This document shows positions 22,548-35,371 of a stretch of DNA of 64,000 nt, one piece after another. The notes under the pieces are model-generated. The model was not told the DNA's origin and searched no databases. It saw only the letters and a program-made list of their open reading frames with translations. Numbering within the stretch: position 1 is the stretch's first letter; each line of letters starts with the position of its first letter. This DNA comes from Leucoraja ocellata (Eukaryota): the NCBI GenBank assembly GCA_036785375.1, contig JAWMAR010000061.1, positions 8,928,001 to 8,992,000 of the forward strand. The letters are read 5' to 3'. The translations under genes and the position numbers were made by a program.

Positions 22548-25500
22548 GTAAGCCTGGTCTCTCGTGAAATGTAGTATGCTTAATATACAGTGAGGTCACA
22601 GATATCAGCTGTGGGGCATGAGGGTATGTGGCATTTAATTAAGTTGTATGCTGAATGGAAATATACACTTTTTAGTGGAAAAGACCACGCAGATTACAAG
22701 AAAGAAATCGATGTTGGGTTGCAGTGATCACTGATCCAATGTATGAAGGCTGTGGAGGTTACTTTTGGCTCCAGCAACCTGCTCTTTAGTCAACGTTGGT
22801 CTCTGGGGAGATTGATGTTCCTGTAGCTTAATGAAGGCTGTGATGCTGTCAAGCTAATAAACACAGATATTCACGATGATCAGAAGAAAGCTGGAGCAAT
22901 GTTGAGTTGTCACCAGCATATTGGACAGGAGGGATCTATCCCAGCAGCATCCTGTTGGGAAAAGATTTGTATTACTTGTATGATGGCAGAATTATTATCC
23001 CACAAAGGTAGTACTAATAGTCACAAGCAGGCAAGCTTTGAGAGATCTTTGTTCTCACTTTTTACTGTCTGTCCAATAACCAATTCCCATTCCATGTCAC
23101 TGAATGACCCAGGATCCCAGTGATCTAACCTTGTGACTAACGTCTTATGGGATCTAGTCAAAAGCCTTCTGAAATTCCATATATACCACATCCTTTGGTT
23201 ACCCCTTATGGGTTCTACGTCATATCCTCAAACACAACCTTCAATAGATTTGTTAAATATGATTTTGTTTTCATAAATCCACAATATTATATTCTAGTTG
23301 GGTTTTTTTAAACATTTTTATAGTTTCTATTTAGTGTTGATTGTTCTCCGTGGTCCTCTGACCCTCCTTTCTCCTGTTCCAAATTGCAATAGCATTAAGG
23401 ATAAAATGCCACAGACTGATTGACCCAATATGGTGAACTTTCGCGCTGGCTTCCTAACCTCTAAGCAATTATTCAGTGGGTCCAAAATATATGGAATGTT
23501 TGTCATTGGATCTTGTTGTGTCTATTTTAAATATATTTTCTGGGGGTATCAGAGACTCCAGTAAAGTCAAATACTGAAAGTCCATTTTTGGTAATTCATT
23601 GAACACTACATATGTTGACTACATTGAACAGAGATTCACGACATGTAAATTCACGAACCCATTGAAGTACAGACAGCTTTGAATCAATTCTTTGGACTAT
23701 TTGTCATTTAACCAACAGTGGTTTACAGTATAGCTTTGTCTCTTTCACGTCGCTCTCAAGCTGTTCTGAATTGGATAAATCTTGACTCCTCCGCACTTTT
23801 TTTCAGTCATTGCAGTTAACCAAGTTATCAATTGAAACAGGAAACCCAGAAAGTGATTGTTAGGCGTAGAATCATAAACACATCTTCTAAGAACACTGTT
23901 CAAAAATAAGAAAGTCTGTCGTTTTCTTTGATGGTTTCTGTGCTCCCAATGTCTTGGTCAAGCCATGTACGCTCTCATTCACAGATCTAGTGCATGCAGT
24001 CTTGACATGTGTACTCCCATTGTGGTACTGTGTCATTTACAGGAGGGAATACTGCTACATTTAATTGTTTTTTATAAAGCTTTTCAGTTAGAAGCAACAT
24101 ATTTGAATGGGAAAAATCAGCTTCATATTTATGGGATGGTAATTTATTCTGGACAATTAATTTAATGAGAGTTAACAAACTCCTTGACATGATAGACATT
24201 CCCGATATCTTCCTGTTTGAATACTTCCAGTCATATGGACAATTGTCCTCAATGCCAGGGAGAGGCAATCGCTGTGAATCTTTGGGGGGGGGTTTGAAGT
24301 TAGTGCTTCAGTCTTAAATATTTTAATATTTGTGTCATTTTGTGCAAGTACCATCACTGAACATCGCGATGTCAATGCAGTTGTGCATTTGATGGATATT
24401 CCTTGCATAAAGGAAATAGATTCTCAGCAACTTGTAGGCTCCATGCAAAACAAAGAAACCTGTATCCAAGCCTTCTGCTCATTTGGAAAGCTGTAGTGCA
24501 GTACACATTTTGCTCATTTACATTCATCAAATTTGTAATGAGAGCAGAGGGCTTTCTTTGTTTCCTTATGCAATCTGTACGTCTCAGGCCATTCATTTCT
24601 GTTGACACAAGTTTGTGGAGTAACTGAATGTTAGCAAATAAATAATAAGGGTTGAACAGCAGAAATAATTAATTTGTGGAATCAAGAATGGTTTGTTTCT
24701 CACCGTATCATTTCACTAGTTAAATACCGATATTGAAGCTATCCTTCCCCAGTTGCTGATTTGATTATGACTCAGCCAAGCTGGGGAACTTCCAATCGGA
24801 GATATCCTGTGGAGCACGTTACACAAAAGTTTAAGAATCGCAAAAGAGAGTTTTCACTCCGTCTGACAATGAAAACCTGGAGCACCTTCCCAGTTAGATT
24901 ATTTATTTTGAAGACATTAATATGAAATTCTGAGAGATGAGCCCTTGCACTTCAGGAGGAGTTGCAAACGGCAGTTTTTTTTCCCCAGACGTCTCCAAGA
25001 TAGCAGCTCCATTTTAGATTTTCTACCCTTCAGTTATACATTTGCCATCCTAAAATCTCTGCATAGTTACAACAGAGGTTTTTCTTACTATATGACCATG
25101 TTGAGTATATGATCTCTCTCAAAACACTGGGCCCCTACAAGCACAATAAATCATATAATTTTCTTATAGCTTACAGTTCCAGATAGAAGAAAAATGGTCA
25201 TGGCTACATTTGAAGTTGGATAAGTGTTTGGAATGAAATGTATCCAATTTTGAAGTGCGCCAATAGTGCACAAACAGATAATTTGGATTGAACGGAACCA
25301 CATTGACTATAATTTGATAGTCTATGGCTGTGACTATTTTGACCAACAGTTTTGCATGAAAGTTCTCAGTGCTAGATTATTTTAAATGTTCTTGTTTCCA
25401 AGCTGTAACTCTTTCACTTGCTGGAGCCTCCCAGACTTGTTCTTCCCTCCCCCCCACTTGCTTTGTTTCCTTCCCCCAGCAGTTGACATCAATGTATTAA

Positions 25501-26623
25501 AACCTGGCTTTAATAACGTGAAAGGAATCTGTGTTTCATGCAAAGTATGAGTGCAATTGTGGAAATCGCAGCATATCTATGAAATGAGTCTTATCTAGAA
25601 ATTTAGTTGAGGCTAGAGCAAATTGCAGGAGCAGCATTTGGAAGAAGTTGTGAAATAAAGAACAGGTATTGTCTTCATGTGAAGTAGGGTGAGAGGAAGA
25701 GGTGATTGTGACTGGGCAAATACTGACACCCAACAGACAGAACAAAGAATCAGGAAAGGAAATAGTATGTTATTTTAAGAAAGTTGAAAACAAAGGAAAT
25801 TTTATTGTAATTGTATAGCAACGATGTAAAATCCTGAAGTACTGTGTGCAATCTTGGTCTCCTTACCTGTGAAACTATAAACTCACCAAAAGTAAAATCC
25901 AGCAAAGGTTTACCAGACGTATTCAAAGGAGGAAGGGGTTGGCAATTGAGTGTGAATAAAGGAGAGCTGTGTGTTCTGGAGTGCAAGAGAAATAAACTGG
26001 GTGAAATTCTTCCAGAGCTCCACTGGCTGGATAAAAGGATGATATTCCCTAACTGAACAGTGTAAGCTTGGGAGGTCATGGTCTCAGAATCAGGGCTAGG
26101 CAGTTTAGGACTGAAATAAAGAGCAGGTTTTTCACTGGAAAGATAGTAAATTTTGGGATTCTCTATACCGGTCGGTGTAGGCTCAACGATTCGTGGATAG
26201 CGCTAGAAAATGAAACTGTAGTAGAAGATGAATGATCGAGGAGGTTTGAAGAGACAGGTGTCCTACTCCTAAGATCAACACAAAGTGCTGGAGTAACTCA
26301 GAGGGTCAGGCAGCATCTCTGACGATAAAGGATGGGTGACCTTTTGATTCAGGGGGCCTTCAGATCTACTCCTGCTGTTCTTACTATTGATGTAACCATG
26401 CCTTCATTTTATCATGTGGTTGTGTGATATCTTCTGTAGTAATCCATGTACTTGTAGCCTGACATTGTCCCCACCAATTTCCCATTGCAGATGTATTTGT
26501 GAATAATAAGATTGTATAGAGGGTTAAGGGTACCTATTATGAAAGTTACTGTGCGATGATTTAAAAGTGAACTTCAAACTACAGTGTGATTACTTTAGGT
26601 AATGGCAAACTTTAATGTTACAG

Positions 26624-26768
26624 GTATTTTGATGGGAACCTGGAGAAACTTTTTGCAGAGTGTCATGTAGTTAACCCTTATAGAAAATCCCGAACACGTC
26701 AGATGAACACAAGATCATCCTCACAAGACATGGTTTGTGCGATCTGCTACCTGAATTATCCTAACTCG
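26624..26768 (+). CDS. ARIH1: ARIH1 exon 3 ([18 protein letters not shown]...[11 protein letters not shown])
   Basis: Acceptor ttacag, donor TCG/gtgagt, 145 nt, start of RING1. Confidence 0.96.
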
Positions 26769-29700
26769 GTGAGTGTGTTATACTGAAGGGCATAAGGCAT
26801 TTGAAATAAGATCAATTTGGCCTCCATTGTGCTGTCTCAATAAGATTCTCATCTTTATCCTGGGCTTTGCATTAGTGCAACAGTCATTCAACTTACTGAA
26901 ACTATTGCAACTTATCGTAGTGTACAAATTCTTGGTGAATTTTCCTAAGCACCAGGCACAAACTATTGATCAGTTCTGGAGCAAGCTACCTCTCAAATGA
27001 ACACACCTTACTCTTGCTAATCAATGGTAAAGCTTGGAGCCAAAGGATGAGTTTTTCTAATTACAGCACAATGTGCGGGGTACTTTAAGGTCTAATAGAC
27101 ATCACTATATATTATTTTTACTTTCCTTGCAGACTGCTATAACGTAATGAACTGCAAGAAATGCCGATCTCTACAATATTTAATGGTTTAAGCTCTGTTT
27201 CTGCAACAGGTGCTGTTCAAAGAACTGTAAGTTCTTTCATCTTGAAAAATTAAAACAACATTCCACAGAATCTGTTAAATAATGAGCCTTGTCCCAGTTA
27301 TATTTCCCAGTAGATTATGGCTCATCGAAATGCTCAGTTGATCCTGATCATCTATTCCTATTCTGCAGCAATGTGCTTGATACATTCAGTGTGGAAATAC
27401 GAGTTATTGTGAAAGGGAATATTTTGGTAGCGCACAGCTGTCCTTCTGATGAGACTATCAGAGCCCCAGTTTAGCCATTAAATTCTGTTTACAAGCTAAT
27501 TGAATCTGGATACTTGATGAGACTAATGACATTGTGAAAGATTAATTTATATTTGGCAAACAACAGTTAGGCAAAAGGTGTTCTCACTGAATATATTGCC
27601 CTGCAAGATGCTTCTGGCCCTCACCATAACACAGCAGGTCTATTCAGAGTATGTTGACTACTATTTCTAAATAAGTGGGGTTTCTATATCTATGAAATGT
27701 CTTTAAGGTGTAACGGTGTCTCGTGTTACTAAGGTCTGGATTTAAACATACTGAAATATGTTTTTTTGAGACCATCAAATAGACCGTATCATAACACATT
27801 CGCCACCAAGTTGACCCTTTCTGTTGACCATTGGAAAATAGTTATTTTTCTTCTTTTGAGTTTTATTTAAAAATATTGTTTGGGAAGGTTTTTCCCAAGC
27901 CCCATAATTTTCTTTATACCTTGTTGGTTACAGTGTCTAACAACAACTCTTACAGACACTAACCTAATGCTTAAGTCTCAAAAACCTGATCTGGTGGTCA
28001 CACTCCCTGTTACTATTATAAGTGAAGTTAAGGCTGTGGCTATATATGGCTTGCCAACCATCATGTAATTGTGATCTCAGAAAGCAACCAGCACTGAAAT
28101 CTTTTAAACATCCTCTCATTAGATCCTAGATTAAATGAGTTGAAATGCGGTGCATTGCTAAATATACCCTATGACTGAAACACAAACAAAAATGATTTAA
28201 CGTGTGTCATAAAACAGACGGAGAAGATGATGCAGAGTGCAAGATTTGTAGGAATAGAAGCAGGAGTGGGCCCTGCAGTCTCACACTTCTGCTTTGCCAT
28301 TTAATAAGATCATGGATAGTCTTGTTACCTCAGCTCAGTTTTCCTACAATGACCTCGTGTCCCCTGCATTCCTTTAATATTTAAAAATCTATAAGTTTCT
28401 GCCACAAATATACTCTGTCGCTTATCCTCAAGGCCATACTGCCTTCTGTGTGTAAAATTTCAATGTCACTTTTGCCCTGAATGGCCAACTCCTCATCTTT
28501 ACAATTGAGCCAGTAATATTTTTGAATGCTTCAATGAGATAGGGCCTCATTCTTGTAAACACTATCATGCCTGTTGTTTGATTTCTCCTCATAAAGCAAT
28601 TTTGCTGTTCCAGGAATCAATCTTGTGCAGCAGGTCCTTCCTTAGTTTGGGAGACCTGTACATAATATTCCAGACAGTCATAGCAGGGCCTATGTAATTG
28701 CACGAGACATCACTGTTCATATGTGAAAGGCCGACTTGCTATTTTCTTTATATTTGATTTCTGTATCTGTGTCTTAACTTTATGATTAATGTAAAAGAAC
28801 ATGCAGTCTCTTTGAACACCAGTGCCTTTCGAATTTCCATTTAAAAAATGCTCCAACTTTCTATTGAAGTGGATAATCTCACAATTTTCCGCACTATCTT
28901 TCATCTGCGGCGTGCTAGCACATTCTCCTAACATCGATATCCGACTGATGTCCCACTTTCCTTGTGTGGCATCTTATGAAATCTTTCTGAAAGTTCAAGC
29001 AGACCATATTAAGTAGATGGGAAAAATGATTGGAGCAGTGAACCGAAGGGCCCGTCTCTGTGCTGTACAACTATATCATTTATCCTTTCACCTATTCTGC
29101 TAGTTACTACTGCAAAATTAATTCTTAACAATTTTGTCAAAAATTAATTTGTTTCAATGTTTTGAAAATCAAAAACCCGCAGATGCTGGGAATCTGAAAT
29201 AAAACAAAATGTTGGAATTACTCAGCAGATCAGGCAGCAACTGTGGTAAGAAACAGTTAATATTTCAGCTGAGCAAGTAAGTTTGTTTTAAGTTGCAAGG
29301 AAGATGTGGGAGTAATGCACAGGACAAAGGAAATATACCTGTTTGGATGAATCTAATGTTATGTGATTCCTCAGTTAATGAGCTGCTGGTTAATAGTTTA
29401 ATGAGGGAAGTTAGAGAGAAAGCAAACAAACGGGCATTTAAAACCGGTGAAATGTAGGCCAGAGGTTTTTGGAGTCCTGAAACCCAAGGGAGAAATTGAG
29501 TAATGGCCAGCAGATCAGTTAGTGCCTGTGAAGAGAGTGAACCCGAGTTAATATTACAGATATTTATAAGGTTGTACAATACAAAAACAGGCCTTTTGGT
29601 GACTCATTGTGTCCATGCCAACCATTGACTGGCCGGTACTAACAGAGAGAAAAGGCAGATCAATATTTGTGGATGGCCTGCCTATTCCCTGCAAGTACAG

Positions 29701-32700
29701 GAATCTGGAGCAAAAGAAGGAACTCGGCAGGTTGAGCAGCATCTGTGAGGCAAGGGAAGGAATTGTTGATGTGTAGCGGAGTGAATCTCACTGGTACTAT
29801 CTCCAATGTTATGATATCCTTTTAGGTCAGACCAAAACTTGGTGAAATTCCAGGTGAGGCCTCATAAACACCCAGCACAATTGCAGCAACCCCTTTGTGA
29901 TGAAGACCAAAATGCCATTTGTCCTTGTAACTATTTGTTGTACCTTCCTGCGATCTTTTAGATTTATACACTCAAGCATCTAGACCACTCAAAGCACACC
30001 TTGCACTTCTCTGTATTAAATTCCACAATCAATCACAATCACAATAATACTTTATTAGCCAAGTATGTTTTGTAACATACGAGAAATTGCATTTGCCAAG
30101 TCAGTCATACAAATAAAAAGCAACGGAACGCACAAAACACATTTTAAAATAAACATCCACCACAGTGGCTCCTCCACATTCCTCTCTGTGATGCAAGGCG
30201 AAAAAAAGTTCAGTCTCTTCCCTTTGCTCTCCTGCGGTCGGGGGCCTCGAGCCCTCCGTTGACAGGATGATCTTGACTCCCGTAGCTGGAGGCGGGTCCT
30301 CCGCATCGAGTCGATCTGCTCCTGCATTGGGGGGGATGTCAGCTCCCTCGCGCCAGCCGATCGAACATCACGTCGGGGCTGGTTGAACCTTCCACGACAT
30401 TGGAGCTCCCGACATCCACGGCCTCTCCCGAGACTGCGTGCTCCAGATGTAAAGTCCACAGGCCGCTATTAGAGAGATCCCAGGCAAGGGATCGACTCCG
30501 GTGTAAGTCCACACCCCGCGGTGGCGCCCAATGTCGTTCCAGGGAGGTCCTTTTTTAAACTGCTAAATTTCCCCCATCACTTTTTTCCACTGCCTATTCG
30601 ATTTAAAGTCTTATTTTCAGGCATAGTTTTATGTTTCACTCAGTCTTATTTTTCCTGTACTCCTGCTCCATGAATTGAAACCCATTTCTTCATCGCCCCA
30701 CTTTGAACCACATATTCGCTGATCTTATTGATTATTTTGCCAATTAGATTTTCTAAATCGTAGGTAGTAATCTGTTGCCGGAATTTACAAGGATGTTGCC
30801 AGGACTGGATGATTGGACGGTTGAGCAGGCGAGGACTTTATTCCTTTTAGGATGAGGGGTGATCTTATAGAGGTGGCTTGGGTCATGAGAGGAAAAGATT
30901 TAATAAGAATCTGAAGGGCATCTTTTTTACATAAAGGGTGGTAGGTATAATGGAACAACCTGCGGAGGAGGTAGTTGAGGCAGGTACTATCACAAAAATT
31001 AGACTAGTACATGGATATGATAGATTCAGTGAAATATGGACCAAAAGCAGGCGAGGGACTATGTAGTTGGGGCATGTTGATCGGCGCGGGGAAATTAGAC
31101 CGAAGGGACTCTCTAAATTGTCTAAAGAGTTTAAATTGTTGAGGCTTTGCTTTTCAATTTGAGCCCAGTTGCTTGGTATTTCATCAATAGAACTTCCCTT
31201 TTCTCTGTTCCCCCCCACCCCCCCTAATTGACCAATATGGCTAGATCTTTCCTTCCTACTCCAAGTTCCTGTACAAGCCTGAAGAAATGTTGTTAACCCT
31301 GGTGAGATGACCTTTGAGACTCGCTTGCAGCTGCAGAGAACAATATCTGCACAACCCTATTGCCCCTATTATCAATCTGTTCCTTTTCTCTCTCCCAACT
31401 TTAATAGCTCCTTATATTTGCTCATTCTGTTTGCAATCTTTTCTCTCATCTACTAAGGCTACAAGAATCTAATACCTCTTGAACATCTACATGGGTTGCA
31501 CTCAAAGTAGGAGATGCTCGTAACCCTCGGCAGATCAGGAAGCATCTATGGAAAGAGGGATAGAAGACCCTTTTGTCAGAAATTCAATTTGAAATCTTTA
31601 CTCTGTTTGTCTTTCTACTGATGCTGTCTGAGTATTGCAAGCTGTTTTTATTTCAGTCTCTCATCATCTGCAGTGTTTTGATTTTCATTGTGGGTTGAGA
31701 CCGTGTTAACTTCTGTATCCCTGTAGGTGCCTCTTTCATATACGCAGCATTTTGTCTCTCTTCACTGATCGATTTTACGCTACTTAATCAAAGGGGTGTA
31801 AATAGTTTCTGAAACAGAATTTGAGCCTAGTAGTTCTGAATCTTGAACTCCAGATCTTCAACTCTGAGCTAAATTTCTGGAGCAGCAGATGTTTACTGGA
31901 CCCATGGATCTTGATGGTTTCCACCATTTCTTATTCACTACTGCAGCAACACAACATATGCTCTGTATTGTGTGCCTTCCATTGATATTGTTTAATTATG
32001 TTGCTATCACCAAAATCTATTCTCCATGGACTCTGCCTGCTGTGCTTTTAGCTGGGACTGGCTAAAGCGTTTGTAAGTAGACCCTTTGTTTCAATGTTTC
32101 ATGCTTTTCCTTTAGATTTTCTTTCAATTGATAGGTGGGTTCTTGAACATTATATAATTATTAGAAAGCATAATATCCCAATCCATGTGATAATTCTTTG
32201 TTTATTGTGTCTGGGTGTTTATCTGGCTGTGCCCTTGCATCTTTACAGTTCTTCATCAGAATAAATAATTTGCTGATGAGCATTGAATTTGTATAAGTGT
32301 AGGGGGTGCACACTTTATTGGGCTGGGTATAATGTGTAAATAAATCATATCGTTTAGTTGATAGATGTTATAGTTATAATATTTAGTCATTTACAATATA
32401 TTATACAAATTCAGAATAGTTGCGGTTAAAGCATTAACAACATGGAAACAAGTCTCGTGTTCTCTCATTAGAAAGAAGAAAGTGGGGGGTCTGGAAGCAG
32501 CACTAGGATCAATAACTCGGTATCAGATGGCCAGGTAGGGTGGAGACTATTAAGCTCTGCATAGTGTATGATGTGGCACATTGTATTGAAATTACCGATT
32601 TGGTTCTTTTTCAATAACCATCAATCTTGTGGCAAATGTTGATTGGAATTAATTTGGCCCCTGGTGCTTCTGAATTTCATCTGCCACCTTCTTTGTGTGG

Positions 32701-33748
32701 TTAACTGCACAGTTGTATTCTAATTTCAATGAAACAGTGTTGAAATATTGATATGTCATTATAATTGAATCAGTAATTGATGAATTTTCCATACATGTGC
32801 CATCCCTAGTATAGTGTAGTTCTTGGTTTGAGATTACTGTTTTGTCTACTGAAAATCCATCCATCCATTCACTAAATCTGTCTCAAATACAGGCACGAGA
32901 CATTCTATTGAACAAATGGGTACTGCTGATGCAGCAGAAATCCTTTACATCAGCACTAATATTTTGCTGTCTGTGATGAAATGTTCCCAAATGTACACTT
33001 TGAGTTCCTACACTGTAAAACTTTTTGAACTGCAGCAATCACTGAACTGGACATCAAACAGTTTTTTTAGGGCTGATTTTTAGTTTCATACACTAACCAA
33101 GTGTTTGTCCCAATGGATGGATTAGATTGCTGAAGTTGTTCTTTTTTAAAAGAATGGGAACTTGATCAATGATCCGCGTAACTTCTTGAGCTTCATCTTG
33201 TTTGCCACGGTGAAGGTCGTAGTTACTCGAGGGTACCTGATCAAGGAGCTTCAATTGAATATTCTAAGATTGTGTTTGCAGAGGGATCTAAATAAAAGAT
33301 TCCAAGTAATACGCATATTTTTTTTTCACACATGTTTGCAACACAATGTAACTTTCAGGTTATTTAGTTCCAGCTGATCTGCATGACAATTATGTTTGTA
33401 GTTCCTTTAGTTTATTGGTGTCCAAACTGACAATAATCTCTCAATCGATAATAGAAATTGTGGTTCATCTCATTGCTGTTTATAGGACTTTGCTGTGTAA
33501 AATAGGCTGCTACGCTATTTCTTAAAATGTTATTTTTCAAAATAAATTTACTTTAGTGAAGCATTGTGCAATATCTTGGAGGCATAAATAACTAAAACTA
33601 AATATTTATATGCAGGGAAAATGTAAAGCTGACTGTTTTCACCTGTAGCTATGAAATCATGAAGGGTCCCCGCCTGCCTGTTCAATTAGTACCACCTTTC
33701 TGTGTTGTCTGACGGTGCAGCCACCTTCCACAAACAGTGTCTCCGGTT

Positions 33749-33844
33749 ACACCAAAAAGCTGGAGAAACTCAGCGGGTGCAGCAGCATCTATGGAGCGAA
33801 GGAAATAGGCAACGTTTCGGGCCGAAACCCTTCTTCAGACTTCA
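33749..33844 (-). mobile_element. Young Penelope-terminus micro-insertion with 13-bp TSD
   Basis: TSD AGTGTCTCCGGTT at 33736-33748 and 33845-33857. Confidence 0.9.
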
Positions 33845-34874
33845 AGTGTCTCCGGTTTCTGTGACCAAAGGAAGCCAATCACACAGTACTGGTACAAACA
33901 CTGAGTGCCAATATCCCAATTCAATTGACCCTCATGCTTGATTTCATTAAGGATCAAATTTCCAGGGACCTTCTAGTTATGTAGATAGTTGTAACAAAAT
34001 GGTTGAAACAAGGAGTTCTCCAGGTATTCTTTTGGTTAAATGCATCTGCACTAACTCCAACACTAGATCTTCAGTAAGAGAAGGTAAGAAAGACTACAAT
34101 AAAACTCTTGTAATCTGACATTGTGGACTTTGGTGTTGCTGGATTAGCAAATCTTCTGATCTGTTGGATGTTGCTTCCATTAATACCCTAATATATTTTA
34201 TTTAACCGATTCACTTGTTATACATTAATATAATATTTCAATAGATCCAATTAATTAAATGACACTGCTAGCTGGGCCCTGTGGGTTTAAAAGGAGGGGT
34301 AATTAAATCTGGTGAATCCCGTTTGTAAATTTAACCTTCTATGTTTTTGCTTGTCACGGCAATCCGAAGCATTTAGGCACTCCAGCTCCTAACCACAACC
34401 CTATTTGCATTCTGGGCTCCACATCATGCTCGCTGCATCTGTTGCGCTAGTCAATGCCCAACCATGGAGATTTCCACGCAATCATTCTGGATTATTAGAG
34501 TTTTACTGTATTCCATAAACAATAACTATGCCCAAAAATACTTCACACACTATCTGAAATAGCTCACCCAGAGTTAGTGATCATAAGGAGGAGAGACAGG
34601 AGCTTTCTGCTTGTGTCTAGATGGAGTAAGCAATGGTTATCAGCTGTATGTTGGTTTTAACAGTAAAGTAGAATGGAATTATAATAACGATATGTGCTTT
34701 TACAGATCAGATAGCAATTGGTGTTAAAGCGGAATGGCTTTTGGCCACAAGCTTGGATAGTGGATAAATACTTGGGGAAAGGTGACACATGGAAGGCTGC
34801 AGGGTAGAACTATTTTGAGTTGGCCTGAGAATATCACGATGTCCTGGCTGTGAGGCTGTGTTCTATCTATACTG

Positions 34875-35371
34875 GTAGCAGCCTGGGACCCAAACACAAA
34901 TAAAAACATTTCTTCCATCGAATGTGTCCAAAGACAGGCAGCTCGATTTGTTACTAACAACTATGAGAGAGAAGCGAGTGTCACCAAACTTCTGAATTCT
35001 CTGGGGTGAAACCCTCTCCAAGACCGACGTGAAGCTCACCGTTTGACCTGTTTTTACAAAATGTTAAATGGTCAGCTCGACATAGATTACAAGACCTACA
35101 CCAAACCCAAACCAATTAGGAGCAGACGAGGCATTCGATGCAATTTGTGATCCCAGCTACAAAGACAGATGTGTACAGCAATTCGTTCTTCCCCCGCACA
35201 ATTAAAGCATGGAATAATCTCCACCCTGCTATGGTTACCCAACCAGATGCAACTAAATTTAAAGTAGCTCTTTCTTCCCAAAAACCCTTTCTGTCTTAAG
35301 CCCTCCCTTCACCATCCCCAATTTAAATTCCATTTGGAATATTTTGGAGGAACAAGAAACCAAGAACCAAG
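34875..35371 (+). mobile_element. Well-preserved 5'-truncated non-LTR retrotransposon (CR1/L2-group C-terminus)
   Basis: Reads AAWDP...IECVQRQAARFV...RLTCFYK...NSFFPRTIKAWNNL, with an (AACCAAG)n tail. Confidence 0.8.

Noticed and set aside
26591-26623. Upstream tttag/gtaatg junction 25 nt before exon 3 (alternative or recursive splice site)
   Set aside because: Weak pyrimidine tract, and its use would frameshift. Such motifs are common by chance.
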